In this document: positions 35,701 through 50,700 of the stretch, one piece after another
Layout of the letters: the number at the start of each line of letters is the position of its first letter
Numbering within the stretch: the first letter of the stretch is position 1
Source of the DNA: Haliotis rubra
Taxonomy: Eukaryota
Assembly (NCBI RefSeq): GCF_003918875.1
Contig: NW_025766973.1
Span: 806,001 to 870,000 of the forward strand
Direction: 5' to 3'
Length of the DNA stretch: 64,000 bases
Made by a program: the position numbers and the translations under genes
The notes under the pieces: generated by a model
Database searches by the model: none
Told to the model about the DNA's origin: nothing
What the model saw: only the letters and a program-made list of their open reading frames with translations

Positions 35701-38700
35701 ACTTTACTATTCATGACGAATTATGACGAACCAGTCAAAAACCCTAAAACCTCAAAAGTATGAAAATAGAAATAGACTGAAGATCTACAGACCAAAACCT
35801 TTTAAAAATGTAAACTATTACAATAATTTAATATCCAAAATGTACGCTATGAAGAAAATGTGTCACCTGGTACCCCATGATAAACAGTTTAACCAATAAC
35901 TCATTTGTCAAAGGGAGACAATCTAAAGTTCTGAAATTAGATGTCAAATAATCTCCCTTTACCCATCACAGTAATACACTTTGACGCTAACAATGACAAA
36001 TCTAGTGCATTCTTACACTTGCCACACAAGGAATGAAGTGTTTGACAATCTATGAAAACAAACTGAACTCATTTATCGCTAACAGTTACTTCAGCTATTT
36101 ATTCATGATATCAAATGGTAATAACGTTGTACAGATCCAATGGTTAATGGTGTAACTTCAAGTGTTTGTGTTACTACTACAACGGCTGTTATCATGAATC
36201 ACCTTTATTTAAAACTGTACTCATTTAATACCTATGGAGCTAACCTGCATTCAAATGCATAGTCATGACCTAATTCTTAAAAAAAAATTAACTGACGACT
36301 ATTTAAAATTAAGTATACAATAAAAAAAAACCACACAAATTATTTAATACTAAACTGTCATGACATAAATTTTAACTGACTAGTATTTAAAATTAAGCAT
36401 ATAATTATAAAACAACACAGCAATATTTTATTTATACAAAACTGTCATGACTATAGTAATAGTAAACAAATGTGTTGCTCCTTAACTTCTTTTGAGCAGT
36501 ATATGTCCTAGCCCTACCACTATCAACAGATGCCTTGAATACATTCTAACCACAATCACAGACACACATGATGATGGTAAACACTCTCATGGTACTGACC
36601 CTGACTCTTGGGGTGACTGCGGACAATGTGGATGATCTTCCCCGGGGGGAACAGGGGGACATGGGCGGACAAGCCGATCTGCGAGTCACTGGGGTGAGCG
36701 GTCACGTTGCGGTCCAAGTCGACCTGCGACCCCTTCTTGCCTGTGTAGTCTCCACAACAACAGAACACTCCCTTTGAGATTATCTTCCACTGAAACAGTC
36801 AAAACCATGTCAGTACGTATACCTGTCTTCAGTAACTCATGTTTGTCGTAAGAGGCGACTAACGGGATTGGGTGGTCAGGCTTCCTGACTTGTTTGACAC
36901 AAGTCATCTTATCCCGATTGCGTAGATCGATGCTCATGCTGTTGACCACTGGATTGTCCTATCCAGACTTGATTATTTACAGACCGCCGCCATATAGCTT
37001 GAATATTGCTGAGTGTGGCATTAAACAACAAACCTAAATGTAGTTATCTTCCTGCATCAATCACAATTAATCACTACCACCTCGCTCAATCAGCAACAGT
37101 GTATATACAGTCCAACACTGACTCTTGACTATAGCAGGACCGTATTGTAACTTCAACATTATAATTACATTTGCTTTCAGAACATAACTTGTTGAACAAT
37201 TGCTTCAGCTAAACTTTGCTTTTACAGTGATGTTATTGATTTAATATGTATATGTATCCATGACAACAGATGTGCGATATGCATTTTTCCACTGTTATGT
37301 ATAAATGCCAACTTTGCCATAAGGATACATAATTTTACAGATAAGTAAATGTTTAGACCAAGACAAAAGTTCGAGATAGTGCTACATATTCTTATCTCAA
37401 ATTTGAGATAAGCGGGTAAATATAAATGTGAGACGGTGGGGAATGGAGAAACAGTCTGCAATGTCGGCAAATTCGAGATATCAGGGTTTGAATGTATCAG
37501 TCTCACCATCTTCAGTGACTTCAAACTTGCTAACTCAGCAAGAGTTTACACAACAAACGAGTGTTTTAAATCACTTAAATCCATGGGATGTCTACCGTAT
37601 TTTACCTTAGGGTCGATGCTCTTCTTGATCATGTTGATGATATCTGTCCTCAGCAGCTCCATTTGAGGTAGACCAATTCTGAAAAACATCATGGCCACTG
37701 TGAAAGGAATGCTGTTTTAGGCCACAGTCATCAATTTTCCGGGGGGTGGGGTAGCCTAGTGGTTAAAGCGTTCGCTCGTCACGCCGAAGACCTGGGTTCG
37801 ATTCCCCACATGGGTACAATGTGTGAAGCCCATTTCAGGTGTCCCCTGCTGTGATATTGCTGGAATATTGCTAAAAGCAGCTTAAAACTAAATTCACTCA
37901 CTCATCAGTTTTTCATTTACGGATTGCGCTTTCTTTAATCATCATCCATGCTGTTGTGTTATAATGAAATACTATAAGCAAAGTTAGACATTATAACCAC
38001 CCAATATTAATCAGACGGCTTGGCTCATCTGACAAGTGACAAAGTATTGTGGACTACTGTGGCCCTGATGAACATGGAGAAGTGTGAATTTCCAAGGAAA
38101 CTATTCGACTAACGGTACATACCCAGTGACAAAGTGATCTTAGCGTTACGATGACCAGAACTCTCATAGTATAACATGGTCTTACGCAGTTGTACAGCTA
38201 AAATCACTTTGTGCAAGTGGTCCCAGGCCTTCACTTCAGTAATCAATACAAGATGATCGCAGCATAGTAAACACGGTTACAACAAACTCAAAGGGACCAC
38301 TTATTTTAGCTGTAGTTCGTAATACGCATTTCGACTAAAAATATACAGGAAGTCGCCAGTACCCCTTAACAAATCATTATATCCACCAGTTATATCCTCT
38401 ACTGTATGTTATTCCATGGCCGCAATGCCAACATGGTCTGTTTGTACACATTTTCTAGAATGTCTATGGGACTTATAGTGTATTGAACCGAAAGAAAACT
38501 CCTATCCATGTTCTTCTAAAAATAACAATTGTTTTCAACATATCATGTCTGAACTACTTGTTCAAGATCCGTATCTATTGTTACCTAATCATTTACATTT
38601 TTATGTAACTCCTAAGCGCATGACATTTTTTTAGAAACTTTATGGCAATATTAGGGAGGAGATAGTGCTCGTCTGCACATCCTTAAACAAATATACCTAA

Positions 38701-41700
38701 TTTAGCCCATGCAAGTCTAGAATATGTGACAAGTCAATATTTCTACAGTTTCAGGAAATGTAGAAAGTCTCTGGGTTCATTTTTATTATACATTTTTTAA
38801 CATAATTTAGAAACCATGTTTTCTGTGACACACATTCACTTCAGAGACTATGTGTTAGTCTACAGTACTGATTTCCTTGCCCTACCTAGTTCAAGCTCAT
38901 AAGCTCTTGCACTCATTAACAGAGGCAAAATCATGTGAATGATATTCAGTAGGTATTCAGGAATGAAAATGCAGAGTAGTCAAAACAAGAAACCAATATC
39001 ATTGATATTGTTTAAAACTTGCCTGTTAAAAATAATTTTATAGTAAATATAATTCAAAGAACATTATCTTGAAATCATGTTGATGCCTTGCATCTGAGTA
39101 AACTGGCCCCTGCTATATACACACAAATGCACAACACCAAGATACTCAAAATCCTTCCCAGTTACATTTATCTGGAAAAATCAAATGAAATATTGTAAAT
39201 ATGAATATACATGAACGCTGATCAGAAGTGGATGTGATTTTAAACTCACCTGGGCACGACATCTTTCCCCACGACAACAGATGTGATGTATGACTTAGTC
39301 TCCTCTACACAGGATATACTGAAACACAACCGAGGAGGACAATTTTATTAATAGTATCTACTGGTCTGTTCTAGAGTACTTAACTGTTTCTAAGATATCT
39401 GAAAATGAAAATGGAAGGGCCACTGCTCAACATACTTTTCAATTTTTAATTATCACAAAGACATATTTAATGGCAACACACAGAAAAAACACATAGTGCG
39501 TTTATAATTTTATATAAATGTACACTATATAATACTTTACTTTATTTGTTTTCGTTTTTTTCAGAATAAAGGTTAGTCTATCTGAAAATATCAAACCTAT
39601 AAATTGTTTGTGTTTAGTGGATAAAACCTGCGCATTTACGATATGTTCGACCATTCCGAACAACAACATTGACTTGAGTGAGTGATGGAGTTTGGTTTTA
39701 CGCGGCACTCAGCAATATTCCAGCTATATGGTGTCAGTCTGTAATTAATCGAGTCTGGACCAGACAATCCAGTGATCAACAGAATGAGTATCGACCGGCG
39801 CAATGGGGAACCAATGACATGTGCCAACCAAGACTTGAGAGCTGAGAGTGAGTGAGTGAGCTATGTAATAATTGATAAGCATTAATGAGCACAGTTAGTG
39901 CCCTTAAACCACCATCATCCAAGACAAGCACCTTTTCGGTTTTGTGCATGTATGATGGTATGAACTGTAGAAGTCTGTACCCTACTGTTATATTTGTCTG
40001 TATCTGACTGTAAAGGCCTGCAGCAGAGACAGGACAACAGGCTATTGACCAAAGTTTCCCTTTGAATGTCAAGTCCCTTAAAACATGACATGCTTGTGAA
40101 TTTAAAATACCTGCTTCCAGAATTGAATCTCTCGAACAATCTGACAATGTCAGTTAAGCATGGAACCGACCACTTGGCCTGGATCAGTTCAATATCATGC
40201 CAGTCATTATAGATTATTCCCTCACTTAATCAATACCCTGTAACAGAGATCAGTACCAATAACCACTTTAGGCTTCCATAATTACTCCTGGAGTCCAATA
40301 ATCCCATCACAGAAAAACTATTCCAAGTGTCCTGGCACAGCCGTAGCAGATAATGTGTCTCAGAAATAGACAGAAATGTCGCCTTTGAATGCAGCTTGGT
40401 GAAACTGATTGTTACAACCTGTCTCGGTATGCAGTCTTGTAGGCCCTGTGACCAGGACAGATGGAGGTGTTATTGGCTGTGGCTAGCGAACATGATATTT
40501 CTGTGCATGTGGCTAGCCAACATTATATATTGCAATGGCTGTGGTTAGGCAACATGATATTGCTGTTGCAAACAGATTTCATATTACTGTGGCTAGTCAA
40601 CCTGATATTGCTGTGGCTAGTCAACCTGATATTGCTGTGGCTAGTCAACCTGATATTGCTGTGGCTGTGGCTAGTCAACCTGATATTGCTGTGGCTGTGG
40701 CTAGTCAACCTGATATTGCTGTGGCTAGTCAACCTGATACTGTTGTGACTGTGGCTAGTCAACCTGATATTGCTGTGGCTAGTCAACCAGATATTGCTGT
40801 GGCTGTGGCTAGTCAACCTGATATTGCTGTGGCTGTGGCTAGTCAACCTGATATTGCTGTGGCTGTGGCTAGTCAACCTGATATTGCTGTGGCTGTGGCT
40901 AGCCAACCTGATATTGCTGTGGTTAGTCAACCCAATATTGCTGTGGCTGTGGCTAGCCAACATGATGTTGCTGTGGCTGTGGCTAGTCAACCTGATTTTG
41001 CTGTGGCTGTGGCTAGTCAACCTGATATTGCTGTGGCTGTGGCTAGTCAACCAGATATTGCTGTGGTTAGTCAACCCAATATTGCTGTGGCTGTGGCTAG
41101 CCAACATGATGTTGCTGTGGCTGTGGCTAGTCAACCTGATATTGCTGTGGCTGTGGCTAGTCAACCTGATATTGCTGTGACTGTGGCTAGTCAACCAGAT
41201 ATTGCTGTGGCTGTGGCTAGTCAACCTGATATTGCTGTGGCTGTGGCTGTGGCAAGTCATCCTGATATTGCTGTGGCTGTGGCTAGCCAACATGATGTTG
41301 CTGTGGTTGTCAACTGGATGTTGCTGTGGCTACCCAACCTGATATTGCTTAAGCTGTGGAAAGCCAACATGAAGTTGCTGTGGCTGTGGTAAGCCAACCC
41401 AATATTGCTGTAGCTGTGACAAGCCAACATGATGTTGCTGTGGTCAGTCAAAATGATGGTATGGGTGCCGATCAACTGTACTGATTTATAGAAATATTGG
41501 AATGAGAGGGCAGTTATGCTATCACCTAGTTGACGACAAATGATTATGGTCAATGTGAATCTTTGAACCTACTACCATGGCATGATGATGGTGAACCTGT
41601 TTGTGTACAGAAACATGCCCTGCAGAAAAATAGGAATGCACAAAACTACACAAGCAATGTATGTGTGTGTGGGATATGATGTATGTTGACTCACCTGATG

Positions 41701-44700
41701 AGTCCCCCTGGGGGAGAGAAGGCGTAGCAGTGCAGGGTGGGGAACTCTGGCTGAAGAAGAATGGCCAGGATGGCCGCAGTGCCTGCACCCAGAGAGTGAC
41801 CTACCAGGGTCAGATCATACTTCTTAGAGCTCAACTCCTGAAAACACAAAATATATGAAAATGACACTGAATGAACCAACATGGGTCTGTAGCTCACCTG
41901 GCTTAATGGAAAATATATTTATTGAGTAATGTGGGTGTAACAATGGAAAAGGCCTGCATCTCACCTCAGCAAGATTCATGGCCTTGATGATGATGCCCTC
42001 TTCGTCCAGCCTCTTTTTGATGTAGACGGCGGCCTGCACCATCCCCTTGTGACCTTGCCAGTCCTCCCTGGGAGGGGTCAGGGGGAGAGTCTCCGCCTCT
42101 GCCTTCAGATCTGTCAGCACATCCTGCAACATGTGAGTTGCTGGATAAACACTGCCATATCGAGACTATGTGCCCCCACACAGACAACCTCCCGACTGTA
42201 ATGACATTATGCCCCAAACACAAACAATTACCAAGCTCTAATGACATTACAAGCGAGTCCGGTAATTCTGCGCATCCGGTAATTATGCGCAGCTGCAATA
42301 GCGTACTTCCGTATCAAAGGTAAACATTGTCTGTACCACATTTACGCTTGAAATGGGGACATTTCTACAAGGGACTGGCTTTTAATCACTAAAGGTAAGT
42401 AAATAATAGTAATTGACAGATAAATTGACAGTTTTGTGAAAATTCATTTTCTTCAGACTTTTAAACCTTTTTCTTCAGTTTTCAAAATTGGATTTAATAT
42501 GAAACACTCTTACTTACATTGATGAAGTGATTTTTGAAAATAATCTGGCCCTAATACGCTTCCATACTTCGGATCTCCAGCTGGATGTTATGCGCATCAG
42601 TTGCTGCGCAGAATTACCAGAAAGCAAGCGATGTCGTCAGAACGCCGGTAAGGTCAACCGTATGGCATAATGCAAAGTTAGAATCTAATAGTCGTCAATA
42701 AAACTTATATTTCTAGGTAAATATGATGCATACCAGCATGTTTAGTCACATAAACCACAAAAAATAAGAGACGTCAGTTGCCGTGTTGTGGTGCGCGGAA
42801 TTACCGGACAGCATTGTATGCCCTTCACACAGACAACAACGACAGCGTGCCCTAATGACAGCGTGCCCTTCACAGGCCACCACCTGCCTGTAATGACATT
42901 GTGCCCCTCAAACGACATGCTACCTGTAATGACAGCGTGCCCCTCACAGGCCACCACCTGCCTGTAATGACATTGTGCCCCTCAAACAAACGACATCCTA
43001 CCTGTAATGACAGTGTGCCCCTCACAGGCCACCACCTGCATGTAATGACAATGTGTCCCTCACACAGACAGCCTACCTGTAATGACATGCCCCTAACATG
43101 ACATCCTACCTGTAATGACAATGTGCCTCTCACACGACAACCTACCTGTAATGACAGCGTGCTCCTCACACGACAACCTACCTGTAATAACAACTTGGCC
43201 CTCACACGACAACCTACCTGTAATGACAATGTGCCCCATCACAGGGACAACAACCTACCTGTAATGACAATGTGCCCCTCACACAGACAACGTACCTGTA
43301 ATGACAATGTGCCCCTCACAGACAACCTACCTGTAATGACAATGTGCCCCTCATACAGACAACCTACCTGTAATGACAATGTGCCCCTCACACAGACAAC
43401 CTACCTGTAATGAAAATGTGCCCCTCACACGACAACCTACCTGTAATGACAATGTGCCCCTCACACAGACAACCTACCTGTAATGAAAATGTGCCCCTCA
43501 CACGACAACCTACCTGTAATGACAATGTGCCCTCACACGACAACCTACCTGTAATGACAATGTGCCCCTCACACAGACAACAACAGTCTTCTCCGCATGA
43601 TCGAGGGCCACATAGAATGGAGTCTCACCAATCTGGAGAAAAATATAACAAACATGACCATCAGTTTCTAAGTTCCAACCCAGAATATTATGACCATTTG
43701 CCAAAGTTTAAAAGCAAATTTTCGAATGACAAGAGGTTGTCAAATACAGAGGTCTATTCCATGTGTTTCAAATACTGAATATTCACAAAGCAACACAAAT
43801 ATTCTAAGTTCCTATACACAGTCCTCATGACCAGAGTGCCTGCATTTCCACATGTTCCCCAAATACACCACTGTGTTTATTTCGGTGTCCTCCCATTTGT
43901 GAGATCTCCCAGTTGTGAGACACATTAATTAATGGTTCAGTGCACATAGGTGGTGTTTCCACATCCCTACAATGAAAGTGGGATCAGCCCAGTTGTTGAA
44001 GAGTACTCACAGGAGGCATAGTTCATTGATGAGTTGATTAATGAAATAGATTATCAAAGATTATGTTTACAGAAGAAATATTTCATTGAATATTTTATTT
44101 ATTCAGAAGAATATGTAATTATGATAACACATTTTTATTGACTATTATGAAGTTTGAAAGTCATTTTGGTTTAAACATATTTTATTATTATTTATGAAAA
44201 TGAATTGGGATTGGTGAAGTATTACTGCTTATGTTAACACCGCTCCCATGCAACATAAAATATAAAATGAAATGGAGGATGTGACGTCATCGATATGGAC
44301 TATTGCATAAATAGATTTTTAAGTACATATAAATATATACAGATTACATCAAATACAACTATTTATAAGTAGTCATAATTAGAGACTTACAGTTGTGTGT
44401 GTCTAACAAGCTATTGTAGGAATATAAATCAATCACGAGAAGGTTGTTGAGTTAATTTCTGTACTTCCCTGTGAAAATTTGAAGGTTGTGTCTTGATGAT
44501 ATCATCGTGGACGGATTCAACTATTTTCTGGTTTACACTCGGAGACGGAGTAAATCTGAGTAGGTAAATTAATTTCTCTTTGATCACGAAGTTACTTTGT
44601 TTAGGTAACAAAGTGTTTAATTTTTAAAGACATTTACCTGAGTATGTTAATCAATTTATCTTATAAAGTTTCATTAAGTTACCTCCACAAGATTCAGTTA

Positions 44701-47700
44701 CACAGCAAATCAGTAATTAGCTAGGGTGAATACATTCTATCAGACAGGGGAGTATGGTGTGTTTTCGTTGTTAATTACCTACTCTACTGTCTCATACCTG
44801 GGAGTCTCACAACTGGGAGTAGACCTTTATTTCAGAGCAGCTCAATTTGCTTTAGTGGTAATTTTGCCAAGTATTACAAAGAATCCAAAATGAGTTTTAG
44901 AGTGTTTAAGAGTAGTAAGTGACTTCTTATGACAAGAACTGGTTGCTGTGGACCTTTTCTTCCCGTGGGATACAGTCAGGACACGAATAATGGTGACTCA
45001 CATCAACGTGGTAGGTGGCGTAAACTACATCCACCTCCTGGAGACCGCTGATACGACGCAGGGCAGAGAAGTTGCACAGGCAGCAGTTGTCGTCAATCAC
45101 GATGGCGTTTCGTTGCTTGTTGCAGCAGCAACAACTGACGGAGACATACAGTTATATACGAGACATTTTTTCAACACATAACAAATTATGTCAATATTAA
45201 AGACGTGTTTGATGTTCAAACACAGGAGTGGATAATGTTAAGATGGGAAACTGCTGTGGTCTGGTGAGTGGAAGGATGCTACTTCCGATCCCCAGCAACA
45301 TCAAAGCAAAGGACAATAAAAGATGGTAATTTGTTGTTCCTCTGCCTTGTGCTTTCCACAACAGAACTGGTCGGTTTAAAGCCACATTATGTGTGAGTGG
45401 TGTATCAATGTTAACCTTGGGTAGGGTATCTCCTTGGGTCAGCTCTACAAAACTGACATTAGTCCAAGTACAAGCAGCCGCTAAGCTAATGCTTAGTCTC
45501 TGAATAGATATAATTTTGATAGAAACAAACAATTCTTCTTATATTGGAAAGGAGCCCCAGTGAGAAGTGAGATTCAGAACCTGAGGAAATCTAGACTTGC
45601 TTCATTTAGGGCTTTAGCATTGCAGGGAGGGCTAGGCAGTAGGGAAAATAATGTGGTTCAGGGACTGTGAGACAAAATACAGCAGTCACATGAACACAGG
45701 TTTGTTGCTATATACCTGCAATAATTTTGACACACAATGTTAAACCCCAAGTCACCATCCCACCTAACACACAGGTTGAAACTTGTCCACCTGAACAACT
45801 TTGACATATTCCATCCAGCAGCAGTTTCAGTAGGAACACATGGTACCTCAGTGACTAATTCTAAGCATCAGAGGTGGTGGGGTAGCCCAGTGGTCAAAGC
45901 ATTCGCTCGTCCCTGGGTTCGATTCCCCACATGGGTACAATGTGTGAAGCCCATTTCTGGTGTCACCTGCCGTGATATTGCTGGAATATTGCTAAGAGTG
46001 GTGTAAAACAATACTCACTCACTTACCATGTTAAACCATATGTCGCAAAAGACACTCTCACCTTTCTGTCAATGTAACGGTTACAGTGCAATAAATCCTT
46101 TTTTTTTGTTACAATTTTCCTTACCTGAGAAAAGGCATGAGTCGACAGAGCCATGTCCCTGGGTTTATCATCATGGTGGCAGGCCAGCCGTACGCCGCCA
46201 GGGCGTGTCTCATGTAGTGGATGACCCGGCGGTAGTCCTCCATCACGGATGGCACACTCAGCTGGAGGAACTGGGTGTGGGGGGTGATGGGCACCCCTGA
46301 CAGGTACTGGTAGACATCATTGTTACCCTGGGGACAGACAGAGACATGAGTGTGGGTGGGGCAGTCTAGGGTGGTTGGTGGGGTGTGGGGGGTGATGGGC
46401 ACCCCTGACAGGTACTGGTAGATGTCATTGTTACCCTGGGGACAGAGAGATGTAAGTGTGAATGGGTCAGTTTAGGGTGTGGGGAGTAAGCACACCCGAC
46501 AGGTACTGGTAGACGTCATTGTTATCACGGGGACAGAGAGATGTAAGTGTGGGTGGGGCATTTTAGGGTGTGGGGGGTGATGGGCACCCCAGACAGGTAC
46601 TGGTATACATAATTGTTATCATGGGGACAGAGAGATGTAAGTGTGGGTGGGTCAGTTTAAGGCGTCGGGGCCGATGGGCACCCCATACAGGTACTGGTAG
46701 ACATCATTGTTACCCTGGGGACAGACAGAGACATGAGTGTCTGTTGGGCAGTTTAGAGTGTGGGGGTCATGGGCACCTCTGAGGTGAGTAAAAACAGATT
46801 CACACTAGAATGCTGCAGATTCACAAGTAGATAAACGACACTGTCTCACACAGGTGCAAATGGCCAGGTAAGCTAGTAACAGATTCACTCAAGCATGTAA
46901 TCTGACCACCATTTCCTGCCCCATGTGTTGCACTGGTACAATCTGTTACACAACACGCAGAGGTGTCAACTGCGAGCAACACAAAGCTGATACAGATACT
47001 GGCTGTGTAACATTATATGTAGAGAAGTGGAACATGAGGCAATCGGATGATAGGAAAACAACAGAACATTGAAAAAGGTATTTACAAAATTGTGAGAAAA
47101 AATAAAACATATTTCAAAGGCTGTTGCTATATGTTATACTGATAATTATTAAGATATATAATTTGTTAGCCTAGTGATTAAAGTGTCCGCTCGTCATGCT
47201 GAAGACTAGGGTTTGATTCCCCACATGGGCAATGTGTGAAGCCCTTTCTGGTGTTCCCCACTGTGATATTGCTGGAATATTGCTAAAAGCGGCATAAAAC
47301 AAAACTCACTCACTCATTCATTTGTCAAAACAATATACCTCCGCCTTCATACCGATAAGTGAATCTGATACAAGCAGTGGAACAACATACCTGCAATCTA
47401 AATATAATCTAGAAACCAGACACAAAATAAAAACTATAAAACAAAAACAGTACTATGTTAAAACATGAGACAAAGACTAAATATTCACATGGAATATTTT
47501 TCAAACAAAAAAACTTGAAAGGGTCATTTGGAAATAACATGAGCCAAAGTAATCTGATGACATTTCTCAAACAAAAAACTTTAAAGGCACATTTAGGAAA
47601 ACAAGCAAGTCAATAACATCAAAAGAATCTAAATGCACAGAGACAATGTATATAAATAAATAACATGAACACAGCTTGAATCTGAAGCTGATAGGGTTAC

Positions 47701-50700
47701 ATGAGTACCTGCCAGACGATGTTAGCCATGCGCTGCTTCTGGAACTGCCGAAGTAGAACCAGGCCGGCGATCACATCTGATGGCACCACATCTAAGTCCC
47801 GGAAGAATTCCGTAAAGAGCTGAGCGATCTCAGCGATGGAGTTCTGAAAAGATATGTAATGAATATGTAATTATCTTGCTGTTGATCAAAGTTAGCTGTA
47901 AGCATTTTTTGGTTATTGCTTTCAAATAAATGAAGTGGAGGTACGCGGATGTGTGGAATGTCATCTCCCGTGTGGAGGAGAAGATTGGTGAAAACAGGAA
48001 CTGATTGCATTGTTTTCAGACTGACCATAAACCACTTGNNNNNNNNNNNNNNNNNNNNNNNNNNNNNNNNNNNNNNNNNNNNNNNNNNNNNNNNNNNNNN
48101 NNNNNNNNNNNNNNNNNNNNNNNNNNNNNNNNNNNNNNNNNNNNNNNNNNNNNNNNNNNNNNNNNNNNNNNNNNTGGTTTTATGCTGCTTTTAGCATTAT
48201 TCCAGCAATATCACGGTGGGGAACACCAGAAATGGGTACTGGATATGAACATAAGGATACTGTTGCACATGTCCCTTGAGTGTGTTGAAGCCACTGACCA
48301 CTGTACCCTACACTATGGTTGCAACATCTGTACTGAACATTAAGTGAGTGAGTATGGTCTTGCGCCATATTTATCAATATTTAAGCTGCATTGTGATTGG
48401 GTATACCAGAAACGGCCTTCACACTAAGTGGGGAATCAAACATAGTTTGTTAAATAGAGAGTGAATGAGTATGGTTCTGCGCCATTTTGAGCAATATTCC
48501 GGCAAATCATGACAGGACACGAGAATGGGCTTCACACATTGTATCCATGTGGGGATTTGATCCCGGGTATTTGGCGTAACGTGCGGCGAACACTGTAACC
48601 ACTTGGCTACCCCACCACCCCCAGCTTGGTAAATATACAGGAGACCTTGCTGTACAATATCAACCGTNNNNNNNNNNNNNNNNNNNNNNNNNNNNNNNNN
48701 NNNNNNNNNNNNNNNNNNNNNNNNNNNNNNNNNNNNNNNNNNNNNNNNNNNNNNNNNNNNNNNNNNNNNNNNNNNNNNNNNNNNNNNNNNNNNNNNNNNN
48801 NNNNNNNNNNNNNNNNNNNNNNNNNNNNNNNNNNNNGGCACAGTGGTTAAAACATTAACACTCATCACGCTGAAGACACAGGTTTGATTCCCCACATGGT
48901 GTCCCCTGCCATGATATTGCTGGAATATTGCTAACATGTGTCAGTGAGTATGGTTTTACACCGCTTTTAGCAATATTCCAGCAATATTACAGCGGGGGAC
49001 ACCAGAAATGGCTTCACACATTGTACCCATGTTGGGAATCGAATCCGGTCTACAGCGTGACGAGTGGATGCTTTAAATATTAGGCTACCCCTCTGCCCCT
49101 CGCTCGTGTCAACTTAGACATTCAAGTAATAAGTTGCAAAACAGCATGGTGGCACGTGTGGAGAAAACAGGTGTCCACTTTCATTCCTGTCATGTGAATG
49201 TCAGCCTATCTTCCACAGATTAATATCTGACATCAACATATATCACACACAGGAACCTCACATGTCAGACTATCACAGCTCACATAACACAGATAGGCGG
49301 AATATTTCCCTTCTCTTATAATCAACAAACATGTAACTAGCTGAAATGGAATCCAAGGACATATACAGCCATGGTATGGGCTGGTTAGAAAACAAGTACA
49401 AGTCTGAAACCGCATTCTAAACAGATTCTCATATTTGGTTCTCTGGTTACACTGCTCCAGGGGCTTGTGGTATCTACATCTAAATGACAAAATCCCTAAA
49501 GACAATTTTGGCATACCTGTGTTTGTGGCATACCTGTGTTTGTGGCATACCTGTGTTTGTGAGTCATTCATGCAGAACATTCAGAGAGTCAAACATATAG
49601 CATCCATGGGTGTGTGTTGACAGAGATGGAATTCAACCTAAAACTGCCAAAGCCTGCTAGGCCAGTGGGATTATTGTTTGCTACTAGTAGAAGGTTACTA
49701 ATCCTAAAGTACAATGTGTGAAGCTCATTTCTGGTGCCCCCTGCCGTGATATTGCTGGAATATTGCTAAAATCAGTGTAAAACTAAACTCACTCACTACT
49801 TGTCCTAAAAGATTATGTGAACCCAGACATGTTAATATTGTACATTATGCAAATGGAACATTTTGCTGACGTCAGTTTATATTCAAATACAATCATTGTA
49901 GATATGATTAATTCTAAAATTGAAAAACATTATTCACAAAAAGTGCAGCAATATAATTGAGGGAATTGAGGACAATAGATAATTTACAGCAAGTGTAACA
50001 AAATGTCCAATCCTTTTGTGCTGGCAGAATCAAATTCTAATAGCCTGAGGTAATTTCAGCTAGCCTCGGACCTACAGGTAAGCATTATTTTCCATCCAGT
50101 GCTGAAGTACCTACTTAACCTTAGACTTAAGGACATTTTAACTTTTACATGATTTGATGTCACATAGAGTTGGCACCATTAAACTCTGCTGCAGTGCAAT
50201 CTGGTGTGAATGTAGAAATTAGACAGAGAAAGGACACATGTTGACTCCCGCATGCAAGGCAACCATCACAGCTTTGTCATTTCACTTACAGCATCAAAAA
50301 GTTATGTTAACAATTTGACAAAAAATTCACCAAAGTCATTAGAGAGTGTTGCCATTGTTCTGCTGTTAACGTTCCAATGAAAACTCTGTCCTCTGTTTTA
50401 ATTTGAACGAACTGCATAAAATCTCTCAAGGGAAATCAAAATGATATGAAGAAAGTGCGCCTGATTTTAGTGCACGTGTATGTTGTGAACCTCAGCAGGG
50501 GAACTAATGACGTAGATGTTAGAGGACTCAGTGGCACTGACAAGTCAGTTCAATGCTGCTGCAAGGTGCGCTGTCTCAAACTATAACACTCTTGTTACAA
50601 TTCTTGGCAAAATAGCACAAATTCCAGATTCCTAACATGCATTGTGTATGGGAAGGTCTTTCGCCAATACATGAGACAAAGCATTTCATGCTTATACAGA

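Noticed and set aside
40461-41392. VASQPDIA and SHSNIRLT repeat ORFs
   Set aside because: 24/30-bp minisatellite inside a DAGLA intron whose flanking exon phases already match.
43815-44945. Possible ~1.1-kb TIR element (inverted CTCCCAGTTGTGAGA motifs)
   Set aside because: Termini and TSD could not be defined confidently by eye.
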